From Paecilomyces variotii (lineage: Eukaryota): 64,000 bases of DNA. Below the pieces are notes generated by a model that was not told the DNA's origin, did no database searches, and worked only from the letters and a program-made list of their open reading frames with translations. Shown here piece by piece: positions 26,127 through 39,427 of the stretch (positions are counted from its first letter, which is position 1; every line of letters begins with the position of its first letter). Where the stretch lies: NCBI GenBank assembly GCA_004022145.1, contig RCNU01000005.1; one strand, 5' to 3'. Made by a program: the position numbers and the translations under genes.

Positions 26127-26448
26127 TATGTACATGTTTTTATGTACGCGCATTTATACTGTACAGTACTGCACATAGCCATTTAATAGTGCAGGGATTT
26201 CCACAAAGAAGTGCAATCAACACTAAGCTTTTGAATTGTCTTCCTACGTACTAATCATATTTTCCTCCATGTTGCGTCTAGATTCGTAAGTTTATTAAAC
26301 ATGCGTCTACCTCTCTATAACGACCCTGTATCGAGCAGACTGCATGTTATAGGTACTATAAAATCATTGGAGACTAGTATTATATGCCGGTGGGCTAATA
26401 TAAAGCTCTTGATCATGAGTGCTTGTGTTGACGGCAATTTCAACTATA

Positions 26449-26663
26449 CAGACCCGTCCGAAATCGCCTTCCATATCCCCCACATACACGTTTGCTTTCA
26501 AGCCCTAATCCCGGAAGCTTAAATCTATTTATAGTTGTATATACGGCGTATAATTGGATATCTCTAGAAATAGGGTTTTACACTAACCGAATACAGGAGG
26601 GGATTAGGGTTTGAAAATCGACCTGAATGTACAACTGATGGAAGGACATTTCGGACGCGTCTG
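26449..26663. mobile_element. Tc1/mariner-type MITE, 215 bp, TA TSD
   Basis: Ends CAGACCCGTCCGAAATCGCCTTCCAT and (rc) CAGACGCGTCCGAAATGTCCTTCCAT, with an inner IR TTCAARCCCTAATCCC. TA at 26447-48 and 26664-65. Confidence 0.85.
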
Positions 26664-29522
26664 TACAAGATGTCTTAGCAGCTGGATCATCCTGCCAGCA
26701 TAGTTTCTGGCGATGTATCCTTCACCAGCAAGTATATGAAAGTTGTATTGTGGCCCCATTGTCAGGACTCTGACCAAAATCATTTATTCAGTAACCCTTT
26801 CAAAAACTGAGAATGGGCGAGTCACTCGAGATAGGGACTCAAATGAAACTGCTAATCCCGCCTTAACCTATCCTGTATTGGGTAGCAGTGTAGTGATTCA
26901 AAACTGTACGTTCATGCTTTTCAATACATTGGAGCGCTTCAGTAGTCTGAAGCTAAATTAATCAACTTAAGACACACTGTCAAAGAGGTTGAAATTGTCG
27001 ATTATTCTATTTGTACATAATATCTTAAGCTACGTAACTAACAAAGGTGCGCGGAGGCGTTAGGCCAGAACGGGAACTCGCGGTCAGCAACTTACACCAA
27101 GCATAATTCGGTACAACCCAAAAATACTGCCCAATAGTCAATTAAGTAAAGTAGAACAAATGCCGGCTTGAGCCCTTGTAAGGTATACTTGAAACCCTGT
27201 TTAAACCGCATCCTTTTGGCCTAGAACTAATAATAAGGCCTCTTCAAAGTAAAAAGTATACATATGATACAGCTATCAATGAGTAAGTATCAGTGTTATT
27301 TGCTATGCCATACCATTTGAGGTCAAAGCCGAGTGTCAATATGGAGGTAACCACATAAGAACTAGTATATTCTCTCATTTCGGGTTTGGAAACAGCTCTA
27401 TGTGTATATGAGGTGGAGGACGATTTTGGGCGGCACTGTATCTTTTTCCAAAGCTTCTAGCAATTGCGATGGATGTGTCAACCGACGGAGACCTCTTAGG
27501 ACGGATGAATGTTTTGAGTAAGTCATCCAAAGTACATTGGATGTCTTGGGAAACCCGGTACTAAAGCTTTGATATCCATGCTAGGAACCCCATAAATTTT
27601 GAGATTAAGCTTTATGTCGTTGTTAATCTTCCCTTCTTCAGAGGACAGTGCCCCAGTGTTTGGACAAGGTCCTAAGTGAATAGTAATATTTTTAAAATCT
27701 GCTGATAAAGATATTATCAATGAAGCATCCATTGCTTGTTTAGTAGCACTAGTAGGGGGGTCCTTGGATTAAAATTTTTGGAATGTATCTGTTGTATTTG
27801 GGAAGATGTTCTTGCCGGAAATACCCATATTTATAGGTGTGGATTACCTAGAGAAAAGTTGGAAAGAGATAATTAGACGAATAATAAGCTATTTCCAAAC
27901 ATAGCCCAAAGATTAATAGAGGACCAAAAAAAAAGGGAAGAAGGAAAAAAAGGCAAAAGAAAGAAATAAAAGAGGAGAAGAGGAGAGTGGGATACAGGAA
28001 AAGAATCTCCCTATTTCTTCTCACATATACAATCGGCCCATGGGCTATACAGTTATCCCAGCCCCTAAACACCTCGAGTTCATACTCATTGCTGCTCACC
28101 TCACGATCTTGATCTGGCCCGGTGAAAGGTTATCTGGCAGATGGGTTCTTTTTGTGATGCAGGAACCCCATCAAATATGTGAGTACTCTAAGCCATTCAA
28201 AAATGGCATCAAAAAAAGCGAAAACAGATAAAATAGTCTATTAGTACTCCTTATAGAACTCAGTCAATAATAGACGGTTTTCTTCTCTCCCATCTTAACT
28301 AGTTGACAGACTGTCTAGCCTGTATAGTGGTCCTTTTTACACTTCACCAGCAAGTTGGATATGCTTTGGTCCCGTTATCAGGAGCTTAGATGAACCACCT
28401 CATTGGGAACCTGTTGAGGAGGAAGCGTAACTTTGGTAAGATATCAAAACTACGGACAGATAACACATTGCTAAGGGTATTTTAAATAGATATGTGTATT
28501 GCATACCCTGTAAAGTTTGTATTGAACGGTTGACTATACTTGCTAAAGGCGATCAATTTAAAGCACCGGCCCAAGTTAGTAGCTTAATAGCGTGTCTAAA
28601 TCCGAGCAGTTTGTCATAAATAGAGTGACGGGCAAAAACCAGTTGATATGACCGGGAGTTTGATGGTCTGTGTTGGTATTTAGTCGAAGGCTTTATTTTT
28701 TATTTTATTTTTTTTTGGCTGTCTGCCAAACTTTTGTTTTGTTGAACGCTTTATAGTGATAGTAGATTATAGCCTGGTGTTTTTATTAACGCGATTAGGA
28801 AGGGTTGACACTTGGTAAGGTTCTCGCCGCCAAAATTGGACCGACCGGAATTATGTGAGAAGGACCCAAAATCCACCTAGATTTAAACAGTGATATAGAG
28901 AATAGTTATCACATACTTAATAGTGATTGAGCTATAGAATGCTTACATGAGAGTCCTCTTAGTAATGGTCGTAGGCTCACACGACGAAGACAATGTAATG
29001 TATTGCCCAAGGCAGAGAGATTTTAATCCATATCTTCAAAAGCCCTCAGCTCATTCTTTTTTATCTATATATAACTGTAGAAACATAACATTCAAAAGCG
29101 ATTATATTTTCAGTCTGACTATTTAGCATTAGTTCCTTCCAAATAAGCCAAGAAAGTGTATACAGCCAGGACAGAATATGACCTGATTGTCCTACCCTCT
29201 ATTTACAGAAACTACGCATAGACTGACACTAACTATACAGGTTTTACAGATGTAGACATTATATAGTGCTCCAAAACTGCCAGATCCTGCTGCAGAACCC
29301 AACACAGCCTTAAAAGCGTCCCTCTCAACGGAGTCACTAAGCCCCATTCTTTACCCAGTCTGCCCCTTCCTCAATGTGTGGCTGTTATATCATCAATAGA
29401 AATGCCTAGTTCTATATAAGCCGCTCCTGCAGACTTCTTACCAAATAGCAGGCCTTTGGTACCTCCACCACTGTCTCTTAGAAACCGTGGTTGCAGAAGA
29501 AAGAAAGGAAACGTAGGTGGTA

Positions 29523-29735
29523 CACTGAGTTGCAAAAACGGTGCCCAGGTGCTGTACTCTCTTCTTCTAATTTTGTGGGCCCTCTAGCCCACATATGGTT
29601 AGCAGTTTAAATTTAAACCAATAAATTCTATTAAGAGTTGATTACTAATAATAATTTTATCCATTTATAGCCTAGAGGATCCACAATTTGAAAGAAGAGA
29701 GTACAGCACCCGGACACCGTTTTTGCAACTCAGTG
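29523..29735. mobile_element. Tc1/mariner-type MITE, 213 bp, ~65-bp TIRs, TA TSD
   Basis: CACTGAGTTGCAAAAACGGTGCCCAGGTGCTGTACTCTCTTCTT at the left end, with a near-perfect reverse complement ending at 29735. TA at 29521-22 and 29736-37. Confidence 0.92.
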
Positions 29736-29947
29736 TAACACTGGGATACTATACCATATTACCATCTCAGAAATGGTTTGATAGTCAGACATTTTGAAAT
29801 AAACAGCATTCCTTGAAGGCAAGCTCTATCCTAAGCGATTCAGCCTGCCATCATACGTACACTTATAAAGAACTAAATAGCAGCCGTGATAGGCGACCGG
29901 ATACCAAAGAGGATTCAGTAATATAATGGTCTTGAAAACACAGATTA

Positions 29948-32021
29948 CTAACTACCGAATTCATTTTTGCTGGCAGAAACAAACTTGATAAGGGGATGCA
30001 GCTTTGTCCGAACATAATTCTGTACTAGTGCAGACGCGGCAAGTAGGATAATAGCAACAATCATGGGTCCTAAAACATTTCGTAAAATAAAAAGGCCAAT
30101 GAGGAAAAGGTCCATCGTATATACACCGACAAATAGTTGATTCAGTGCTTCCCAGTATAACAAGCCTGCGGTGTCCTCATTTGCTTCTAGTATGTAAATT
30201 GATTGATAAGCATGTGTTATCAGAAAAATTCCGAACGCCATGGTTCCAATCAGTGCTATAAGGGGGGAGATTATAGAATAGATAATACCTAGATATTCTT
30301 GTGTCAGTGGGAGCATAAACCTGGGACAGATTTAACACGTACCTATACAGATAAGGTTTGTGAAAACGGGATAGAGTAGGCTCCATCGCACCTCTTTTAA
30401 GGTATGCTTTTTTCCACCTCGTCTTAAACACATCCAAAGGCTGTCAGGTAGTCGGAGTAATATCAAAGCAGTTTGTGTGACAGTTTGCAATAAGAAGTAG
30501 GAATAGAAGTAATTTCCCGACTTGGGCAAATTCTTGGCCAACAATGCCGGTACCGATTGAACGTTGTTGGCAATCTCAGGGATCATAGTTGTTACGCCAG
30601 AAGATATTGAAACTACAATAAAAAGCTGAGTGTAAAGAAATAAAAAGTAATGTCTTTGTAGCAAGACCTCGACAGCTGGACGCTCGAATGCAATATAGTA
30701 TTTCATCAGAAACTGAAGAACGACCGGAAAACAGTACATAAGGATGGATGCTGCCAATTGAGGAGCCAACCCTTGAATAGCACCTAGTTCTTTGTCTGAC
30801 AGGTTATGCAAACGCGAGCCAATTGAATCCAAGTAAACAAGCTGTGACAAAAGTCCCGTCAAGGATATTGGGATTGCCCAAAATATGGCCAAAACATTTA
30901 GGGTCACGAGGATACTGATACTCCGCAGAGTTCTGGAAAGTTTGCCGTAGTAAGGGACAGGATCCAAGGTTTTTAAGTCAGTATCATGTGCTTCTAGTTC
31001 CAATGGTATTGAAGATGCTCTTGCTTGCAGCAGCAGATGAGCTGTGAACAAGTCTGAGAAGTGAAGTAGTGCAATACTCTTAATTCTTTCAATGTCTCTT
31101 CGCAGATTGTGAATTTTGCATTCAAGAACGGCTTTCTCTCGAAAATAAGCTATTAGTTTAGTGCTTGAGGGAACGACCCTTTTCCTAGATATATGTGGGC
31201 GTACTCGCATCATTGTATCAAGGTCTCGGAGAAGGGTTCTAAGCTCGAGTTCCTTGCCATCGCAGACTTCCTGCTGTGGCAGGATTACATCCACTGGCCC
31301 TCCATTAAAGGCCGAATAGATCTGTCTCAAAGTTTCGCCATTCCACGTTCCCGGTGGGATATTGGTAACCACTATTGTAGCTGCTCTTTGAGCTGAGAAA
31401 TATTCATGAAAGTAGTTCTGCCTTGCCTTCACAACTAATCTAAATTCCACAAGTAGAAGACGCCAGATATGGATATTGGCCAAGGTTGCAGCGAAAATTG
31501 TGATCCACCATCTTATGTGCTGCTCTTTTTGGATGTTTGATATGCTGAATTTATCAAGGCCTCCAACATTTATGTTATTAGCAGTGTAATTCACTGGAAG
31601 CAGTATGGGAAGAATAATAGCAGTTATTGGCACGAAGAGCCTCACGGCCACCTGTAGTAGGCGCAGAAAGAAGCGACAGTCCAATGAAAGTCTACCGGTG
31701 AGTTTCGTATCATCTTTCATAAATTCCCATAATTGCTTAACCCAAAGAGTTCTGCCCTTGGGCAATGGCGAGAGATCAGGATCCGCTAAACATACTGGTT
31801 GGCTGCTGCTTTGTTAATATCTCATATCATCAATCTAACGAGTCTACTTACAAAAGCTTGTGGTCAATATCTTTCAGAAACGTGAAGATATACACGACTG
31901 GTATGAATATGCTTCCAGAAACAGCCAAAGAGATCAAGAATGACTGAGTAGAAAGACCTTCATTCTTCTGGGCTTTTCCGGCAGCGTCGTTGACGGTCTC
32001 ATTCAAAGCCGCAAGATCCAT
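29948..32021 (-). CDS. OSCA/TMEM63 (CSC1/RSN1, DUF221) Ca2+-permeable channel-like protein, 3 exons
   Basis: Exon 1 reads MDLAALNETVNDAAGKAQKNEGLSTQSFLISLA. It continues with SLDCRFFLR, ILPILLPVN, GLDKFSISNI, TIVVTNIP, LLAKNLPKSGNYFYSY, YSIISPLI and DTAGLLYWEALNQLFVGVY. Confidence 0.92.
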
Positions 32022-32485
32022 ATTATAATACCAGTATTACGTAGGACCTGGAGGTTGATTATCAGCTACTGGCGCTCTATTTGAACAATATGCCAAGCAT
32101 TCATATATCTCATTGTTCTTAGTGGCCCTTCTTTGTTGAGGGCCCAAGAAAAGAAAGGTAACAACCGTTACCGGGGCTCTATTTGCAGAGCATTCCTCAC
32201 CGTTTATTAGGCCGAGTATACACTTTTGCATGTCAGCGTAAAACTGACTTCTGAATGGTGTCCAAAGAGGAGGAGAGGACAAGGACGGTCGGAGATAAAT
32301 GGGGGGTAATGAGGAATGCATATAAAAGCTCTGTATCAACATCGCAAGAGTTGTATGCAGATAAGTTTAGAGTAAAAAGCATACCCATTGCATACAGCAG
32401 CCTTTGAACGAAGTTGCAATCGATGCATAATAGTTTATATCTTCAATAATACTTACACATTCAGTGATCATACAACAACTCTACA

Positions 32486-33097
32486 ATGCTGATAAGGGTA
32501 GTAATTTACTCCATTTTCGTTTGTCTGGGTGGGTGTCTCATTGTCAATCACGGCGACGTTGATTTTCATTATATCATCCCATATACATCCCAGAGAAGTA
32601 TTCAGTCTAGGAGCATAGTGAGAACACATCTCCTGCCAGGTCAAACTTTACCAATCACAGTGATCACGCCAACACCGGCTCTCCCGAGAAACAATAGCTC
32701 AAGGATTCCTTCCGGGATTTTCAGAGGAAAGCCTGCATTTAGTGGAGCTCCTTATCCCGTTAATAATACTGCAATTACCAAAACTTCCCACAGGTCTGGC
32801 TACATGCCCATGCATTCAAGTAAAATAAAAGATAACTTGTCTTGCTGCAGTACCAGTACATATCACAAAGCTCCACTCGCTACCTCGAGTTCGCACAATC
32901 AGGGTACCAGCGTATATGGCCTGCCCCTAATACCAACTAGTTCTTCCAACCCAATGGGAAGCACAGCAAGAGTGTCAACCACAGCAAGCTTCAACACTTC
33001 AATGCTAGCTTCTGATGCCGAGTTCCTAGACTCTCATCCAGCACTGACAACAGCCCTAGCTTGTATTGTTATATACCTAAATATATTGTTTCACTGA
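32486..33097 (+). CDS. Secreted Ser/Thr-rich, probably GPI-anchored cell-wall protein
   Basis: N-terminal signal peptide, S/T-rich body and a hydrophobic C-terminus (ASDA...LTTALACIVIYLNILFH). Confidence 0.65.
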   Translation: MLIRVVIYSIFVCLGGCLIVNHGDVDFHYIIPYTSQRSIQSRSIVRTHLLPGQTLPITVITPTPALPRNNSSRIPSGIFRGKPAFSGAPYPVNNTAITKTSHRSGYMPMHSSKIKDNLSCCSTSTYHKAPLATSSSHNQGTSVYGLPLIPTSSSNPMGSTARVSTTASFNTSMLASDAEFLDSHPALTTALACIVIYLNILFH

Positions 33098-33933
33098 TAT
33101 AGTTGGTCCAGGGGTCTGTGTACCATTTGCGCTCTTCCGTATTCCTGATTCCGAAATACTAACTGATATTATCTTGCTGTATGGTAGGTTCATATGCAAT
33201 TTGATCACAAATGATAAACCAGGGCTACGCGAGAATGATCTTTTGTAAAGCAGCAGGTAATCAACCAAGAGAATTTTGTGGAGAAAGAGTATGAGGAGTT
33301 GGGACCACCATTTAAGCTACAGGTCAAAAACCAATTTGGCTATGCTGTTACAAAAACTGTCGTTTCAGAGGGGCCAGACAGGAACTGGTATTGCAATGCC
33401 CAGTGCCCTTCAGATTGATATTGTATTGCACAGGGTATCAATTCTGTGGTAGTCGGGAGGAGGCTGACCTGTTTATGTATTTGCACTTGGATCATTAATC
33501 CATTTCTTAAGAGGTTTGGCCGGCTCGTTGAAGATTCGTTGATTATAATACTGCTCTGCTCGAGTATGTTGTACACTACGAGAATGTCGAGATAGTGTAG
33601 ACCTGTTTCTACCATACTTATAGACAATTCTTGTACTGCATAATTTATCATTTTCCCTGGTAGATAATTATTCATTATAACAATTTATACATGAGGCCCA
33701 TAGGAATGCTCTACAAGTGAGGCAGCGTTTATTGCATTAGGGTTGGGGGGAGAAGTCAGAGTCTTAACATTTGCACCGTTTTTAAAATCATCTGTACAGA
33801 CTGGCATTTCGTAGAAATCTTGCAGGTAGCTTGCCCTTGGCGAAATTAAAATATGTGAATATACGTCCGGTAAGTTGAGGATATGATGCCATGGTGCCCC
33901 ACGGGGGCAAGGATGGATAATAGAAGGTAGACG

Positions 33934-34865
33934 TTATTTTTTCGTCCACCAAGCTCCGAGGAAATCCATCCGAAGGTGTCCTATTGATGGCACTTTTGTA
34001 AGCTCGGAAGATGGTTCGCGCATCCGAAACCCTGCGTGACGGAAGATTGTGACTAAAGTAGGTTCAACGAGATTGTTCTTCCTAGTGATCGGTCATCGAA
34101 AATTAGTGAATGGTCATATAATTGGGTATGGTACGTAACACACTTGGAACTCTCGTGTATCTCCTCAACCCACAGGCTTATTTTCCCCAGGAAATGAATC
34201 AAAAGTAAATATACTGGCACCGGCCAGGACCCATGACAATGACCTATGGAAATGAGGGCGGCACCAAAGACTGACTCCGCATATACAAATTGGGAGTTCA
34301 CGTTCGTAGTAAATGACCGGGTTGGTCCCATGGTCCCGAGAAGAAAGATTAATGCACGTGTATACACAAATCCATGCAGTGGCATCATGCTATCATGGTA
34401 GTGAACAGGATTCTGGCTGAAGTAGGCGCGCACCACCAGGACACTTCGCATGATGGATCCTGCCTGATACGCCGGTCCTATTTTCACCAATTAGACACCA
34501 TAACTTATATGCTTTCGTGGTTATTCTAATTGAGTACTTACTAGTGTGGGGGGGATAACCATTTGGAAGGTCCCTTACCAAAACAAGGGAAGTATAGGAG
34601 TGTATCCAGCAGGATATCACTGCGACTATGGAGCACTGGAAATTTCCATAATACAAGATAACTTCAAGCACACCTGATAACACATGCCAGATTAATCCTA
34701 AGTCAGGTTAGCCTGGTTGTATCACAACTTCAAGTTCATATGGCAACCTTCATGGCGAGGTCGATATATTCTTCCTCTGTTAAGCCCATGATATATGGCA
34801 AACACCCCATACAACCCTAGAATAATCGCATCGGAATCAGTACTCTGTACTCGTTTCACTTCCAT
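33934..34865 (-). CDS. Multi-pass membrane protein of unknown function (4 exons)
   Basis: Spliced translation: MEVKRVQ...GLYGVFAIYHGL...HEGLIWHVLSGVLEVILYY...RPAYQAGSIMR...YHDSMMPLHGFVYTRALIFLLGTMG...GAWWTKK*. Frames are restored by GT-AG introns. Confidence 0.65.
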
Positions 34866-35556
34866 TATGTTCTGGCGATGTATGTGGCTGGAACGGATTT
34901 AGGAAAAGGCATCAGAATCTTATATTTACAATCAATGAAAGAAAGGACATGAGACTGTAGAGAGGAAGTCTCGCATTCGTGTTCAGATATGTTAATAAAG
35001 ATGTGCTCTGGTCCTAGTAGAAGCATGTCACTTATTAATTAGCTTGTCGTGTTCATCTAACCGCCCATGCGGAACGGTTGTTAGTCATTCGTAAAGAGCC
35101 AGCAACTGTTCAACCAACGATTGCGTCGCATTTTGCTTAGCTGCTGAACAGTTACTCAACCTAGGAGTAAACCAATTTACAATATGATACTCTAAACAAC
35201 CCCTTAACAAATCACGAAACTGAAATTCAGATCATGGCAGATTGTAACGATAAATTGAGACCGACTAGTATAGGCAGAGGTATTGCTAGCATATGTTTGA
35301 TGAACGTGTCCATCTAATTATACCTGATAACAATATTCAACTCTAAGACTCATACTCGCCTCAGATGGTTTTGGCAGTGCTTATGTGGATACGTCAAAAT
35401 AGCCCGTGAAACTCTAGTCATCCCTGAAACAGTGAACGGTCCAAAGTAAACTCTGGAATCTAAATAAATTGCTTCTTAATGGGTGCAATACGACAGACCA
35501 CACCATATTCTCTGGCATTTACAGTATTGAAAGTGTCTATCGACAGTCACCTGATA

Positions 35557-36539
35557 ATGGAATCGCCAACTGCTGCTGGTTGTGCAAAATGGGACAAAGT
35601 CAAAGGTGATATCTTTATGTGTATTGCTAGGTCCTCGAAAACAGCGGAGCCGGCTGCAGCATCCTATCATGATCTAGAAAAAGATCACTCGTTTTCCAAA
35701 CATATATATGCTGGGGGGTTACAAGCTTGTGTCATTGTCCGCTATCAGAAAAGCCCTGTCGGTAAGCAACTTGATGTATTCAGTAAATCTTGACCATCGG
35801 CTAACGGCAGCATCCTTCTAGGCCCATACGACGAGCTTCTATGGATACCTGGGGCTTTTAGACTTCCAGAAACTGGGAAAACGGCATACCGAGCTACACG
35901 AATCTATGTTTCGGATGAGAACGCTGTGTATCAAGGTTTGTGGCAAAGCAAATTCCGATCGCAGTGGCCTATGAGAAAGAAAACAACAAGCAAGCTAATA
36001 TACCCTTCATCAGGCCGTAGCAACTGGAATGTACCCAAAACGGTAAGTTTAGTAAATGATTTCTTCAAGTGAGCTCTATCTTAATTGACATGCTCGTTGG
36101 ACAGCTCGCGAGGTTCGAATTTACCGAATCCGAAAGCAATCATCTTCCTTACAGCAAGATAAAAATATCAACCCACAAAGAAGGCGAGCTTTTTCTGGAA
36201 CTAAAATTGATACCAGTATTTTTCAACTCGCGAACAATACTTCCTATTAACTCCAAATTTTTCCCATTTAACCTAAGATTTGTATTCCCCCCGCTTCCGG
36301 AAAGCAGAGATAAGCAAGAAGACAAGCGGGTGGGAACAACAGAATGGAAGCAAGTTTTTTTGAGTGTTACGGGAAGGGTCGGAGTCGTCAAAACATCCAT
36401 TTCACAGACATCTGGAAATCTTTTCCCTGATTTGGGCGGAAAATGCCACTGGCTATGGCTGAAGGGTGCGGAAATTCGAATTGAGGGGTTCCCCTATCAC
36501 ACGGCCACTCCTAGTGCTCCACATAAGCAAAAGCATTAG
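35557..36539 (+). CDS. Acetoacetate-decarboxylase-like fungal protein (multi-exon)
   Basis: GGLQACVIVRYQKSPVG|PYDELLWIPGAF...TRIYVSDENAVYQG|RSNWNVPK|LARFEF. The Lys of WNVPK sits at the ADC Schiff-base position. Confidence 0.75.
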
Positions 36540-38141
36540 AATATTGAGGTTGACGATTAATGCAAATCATTTAATGCCAAACTAAGCAGCTTTAATTCAA
36601 GCCTTGCAATACATCTAGAGCATTTCTAAGAATGTATACAACACACGTACAGAGTGTTCAGAAAACCGGACTACCTACTCTATATTTTCTCGAGCTTACA
36701 ATGCCAAGAAAGCCCGCCTCACAATCTATTGGATCTACCTGATCCACCAAATATAACTGAATATTACAAACAAGGATGAGTGTGATTAAGCAATCAAGAT
36801 TTAATACAGAGAGTTCAGAAATTGGCAACAGAGTGAGTGGGTGGCGACAATAGTGAGTTATAAAGATGGGCAAGATAATAGTTGTGACGGTTAACGGGGC
36901 GCCGAGAACGGCTCCCATTGAACCGCCGTTCTGCCAGCCACCACCGCCTGTCACATGCGGCAATGTTACTGCCCGTTACGGTCTAGTGCTGTCTGTTTCG
37001 GGCGTCGTGCCCGCTTCTCGCCGCTTTTGCGCCCTTCGCCTGCCGCCTCATGCCTCCCACGCCATCTATATAAGCCCGGCACCTCTCCCTCGAACCACCA
37101 CGCACTTTCTCTTTCCATTTTCCCCCTGGCTGTCTGCCTCAGCCGGAGCACTGCCCCCTTCTCAAAGAAGCTGTGCTACCCGAGCATTTCTCTCTTATGG
37201 TATGGCGCCGTGCGTTTCCCCTCTTTCCCCCACTTCTTCGGCGACTCCGAGTCGCCCAGGGATTCTCGAGGGTTGTTGGCCAGCGGTCATTTCGTTAGTT
37301 TCTAGCTATTTTCGTTCGCTCATTCGGGCATCCTCTTGTTTGTGGCTGTCTGTCGCATCCTGAGTTCGTGAATTCGCGGCCGTTTGCGGCGCAGTCATGC
37401 ATGAGTTGACTGGCAAGTCTGGACGTCATGTCTTGTCCGATCTCTTGCTGAATCTTGAGTTTAGTATTGTTCTCGTGGCTTCTTCATCTACGAAGGTTCG
37501 AGTCTCCAGGTAGGGGAAATGTCCTGTAGTCTGCCAGAATAGCTCCCTCCCGTCAAGCCTACAAGACAGGAGGCCTGCTACTTCACCTGGCCTGGGTTGC
37601 ACGTCATCCCATCAACGTATGCCTTCGACCCACCGGAATCAATGCCCATTCTAACGTGCGGTCTGGCCTTCACCATCTGCCAATGGCAAAATTGCCGCAC
37701 CTCATCCGTATTCTGTGTGTAGAGCTGAGAGGCTTGACATGCGAGTCTTGGAGGCAACATGCTAGTCGCGATTGGCTGGGAGCGCTCAATTCCAGCGCTC
37801 GGTCGAAAATCCTGACCGAGTGTGGATACGTCAGTTGCAGAGGACGGGTTTTTAGGATGAGAGAGTTTCAGCTCGGCGTTCCTTCCAGCGCGCAAGGCCG
37901 TCTCATTGAGATGACATACATATAAGGGTCCGCGAAGGTCGCAGTGTTACCATTCGATTTTCTCATCAGCTGCACAACTCCCCTATCACTTGACCTTCTT
38001 CCCACACCACATCCTGTGTCCCAATCCCTGCCTGCACATCCCTCTTTCACCCTGGTCCCACTACCCCCTCTTCACTCCCAGTTCCGAATACTCACAGAGT
38101 CAACCCTGCCAAAAGATCCTGAACCTCCCATTTCCTGGAAT

Positions 38142-39427
38142 ATGTTGCCTGCATTTCACATTGATAACTTCAAGCCATTGGTGTCCTCTCTTCCCAAAGC
38201 ATATCCAGCCCCCAAATCCCACCGTACACACTGCTCACGCAATAAGTCTTCTGCCCTTAAGCTTTGTGATGAACCCCGACCCCGAACTTTGCCAATGCCC
38301 AAACATCAGCTCCCGGCGCGGCCGCCAGTCGATGCTTGCGTAAATGAGTGCAAAAATCCCCTCATACATATCCTCGGGCCCCCCAAATTCAACCGCCGCA
38401 GTCATCTATGTCGTCACCCCACACGCCACCCAATGTACGATCCCCGGAGAAGGCCGAGCAATCTCTGGGAGACCACACAGGTCACGTGCCAGATCCAGCC
38501 ACATTGCGGGATGGTCAAGATGCCAGCAATAGTCCAAGTGACGCGCCCGCCCTTCAAGTGGCCGCCTCATCCCCCAGCACAACCAGTTCGGAGCAGAGCG
38601 CGGGGTTGTCTGATGTACACAATGACATTCCAGTCGATCCGGTGATCCTCACCGACGACGGACCTTGGATGATTAAAGAATTGCAGATGCACCCAGACGA
38701 TAGTTTCGTTACTTCGGAGACAAGTTGTCCGTATCCTGATCCCCCCTCCGTTCTGTGTGACACATCTGTTTATAACCCAGACTCCAACGCACAGCCTCAA
38801 AGGCAGGAGAGCAGTCCTCAGCCGGTTAGTCCACACGGCCAGGACCATACGCAAAATTCCGCCTCCTATGACAACACCGAAGCCGACTACCCTTCGTGTG
38901 ATACCCCTCTGGGTACCTCCATCTGCGGTCAACAGTCGAAACCGCGCAAGCGAAAGCTGCAAAAATTGGACGAACAGCCGTCTAAGCGAGTTCGAGGTCC
39001 CATGTCCGGCCAGGAATATACGTCGTTTCCAGCATTTTGTACTCAGTTTCTGTTCCTATCAATCGATGAACGTCTGCAATTTCTCTCTTGGCTGTTCGAA
39101 GGTGCCCTACAACGTTGCATATCAGAATATCCACCCACGGCATCTAAACAGGGAGAAGCGCCGGGGGCCAGTCGCTCGACTGTCTCTGATGTGGTTGAAC
39201 AAGGACGGTGAGGTGGTATGGATGTCCACGGAAGCTCAAGAAAGGGCATGAAATGGTCTGTGGAAGAGTCGGATCTTCTGCTGAAGCTGAGAAGAGACGA
39301 GGAGCGGCCTTGGGCAGAGGTCACGAGGCTATTTCCGGAGGAATATCCGGGGAGAAGTCCAGGCGCGATTCAAGTATACTGGAGCACGGCGCTTAGAAAG
39401 AAATGGCATCTCAAGACTGCGCTTTAG
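38142..39427 (+). pseudogene. Myb/SANT-domain protein, disrupted
   Basis: C-terminal KWSVEESDLLLKLRRDEERPWAEVTRLFPEEYPGRSPGAIQVYWST, preceded by DERLQFLSWLFEGAL. There is an in-frame TGA at 39209-39211 and a frame change (or intron) near 38340. Confidence 0.75.

Noticed and set aside
27523-28231. Short ORFs around a purine-rich tract
   Set aside because: They are explained by low-complexity sequence or a decayed gene, and no product can be supported.
36866-37925. ORFs of 100-165 aa in the GC-rich block; possible solo LTR
   Set aside because: There are no recognisable motifs, and no matching LTR 3' end or TSD was found.
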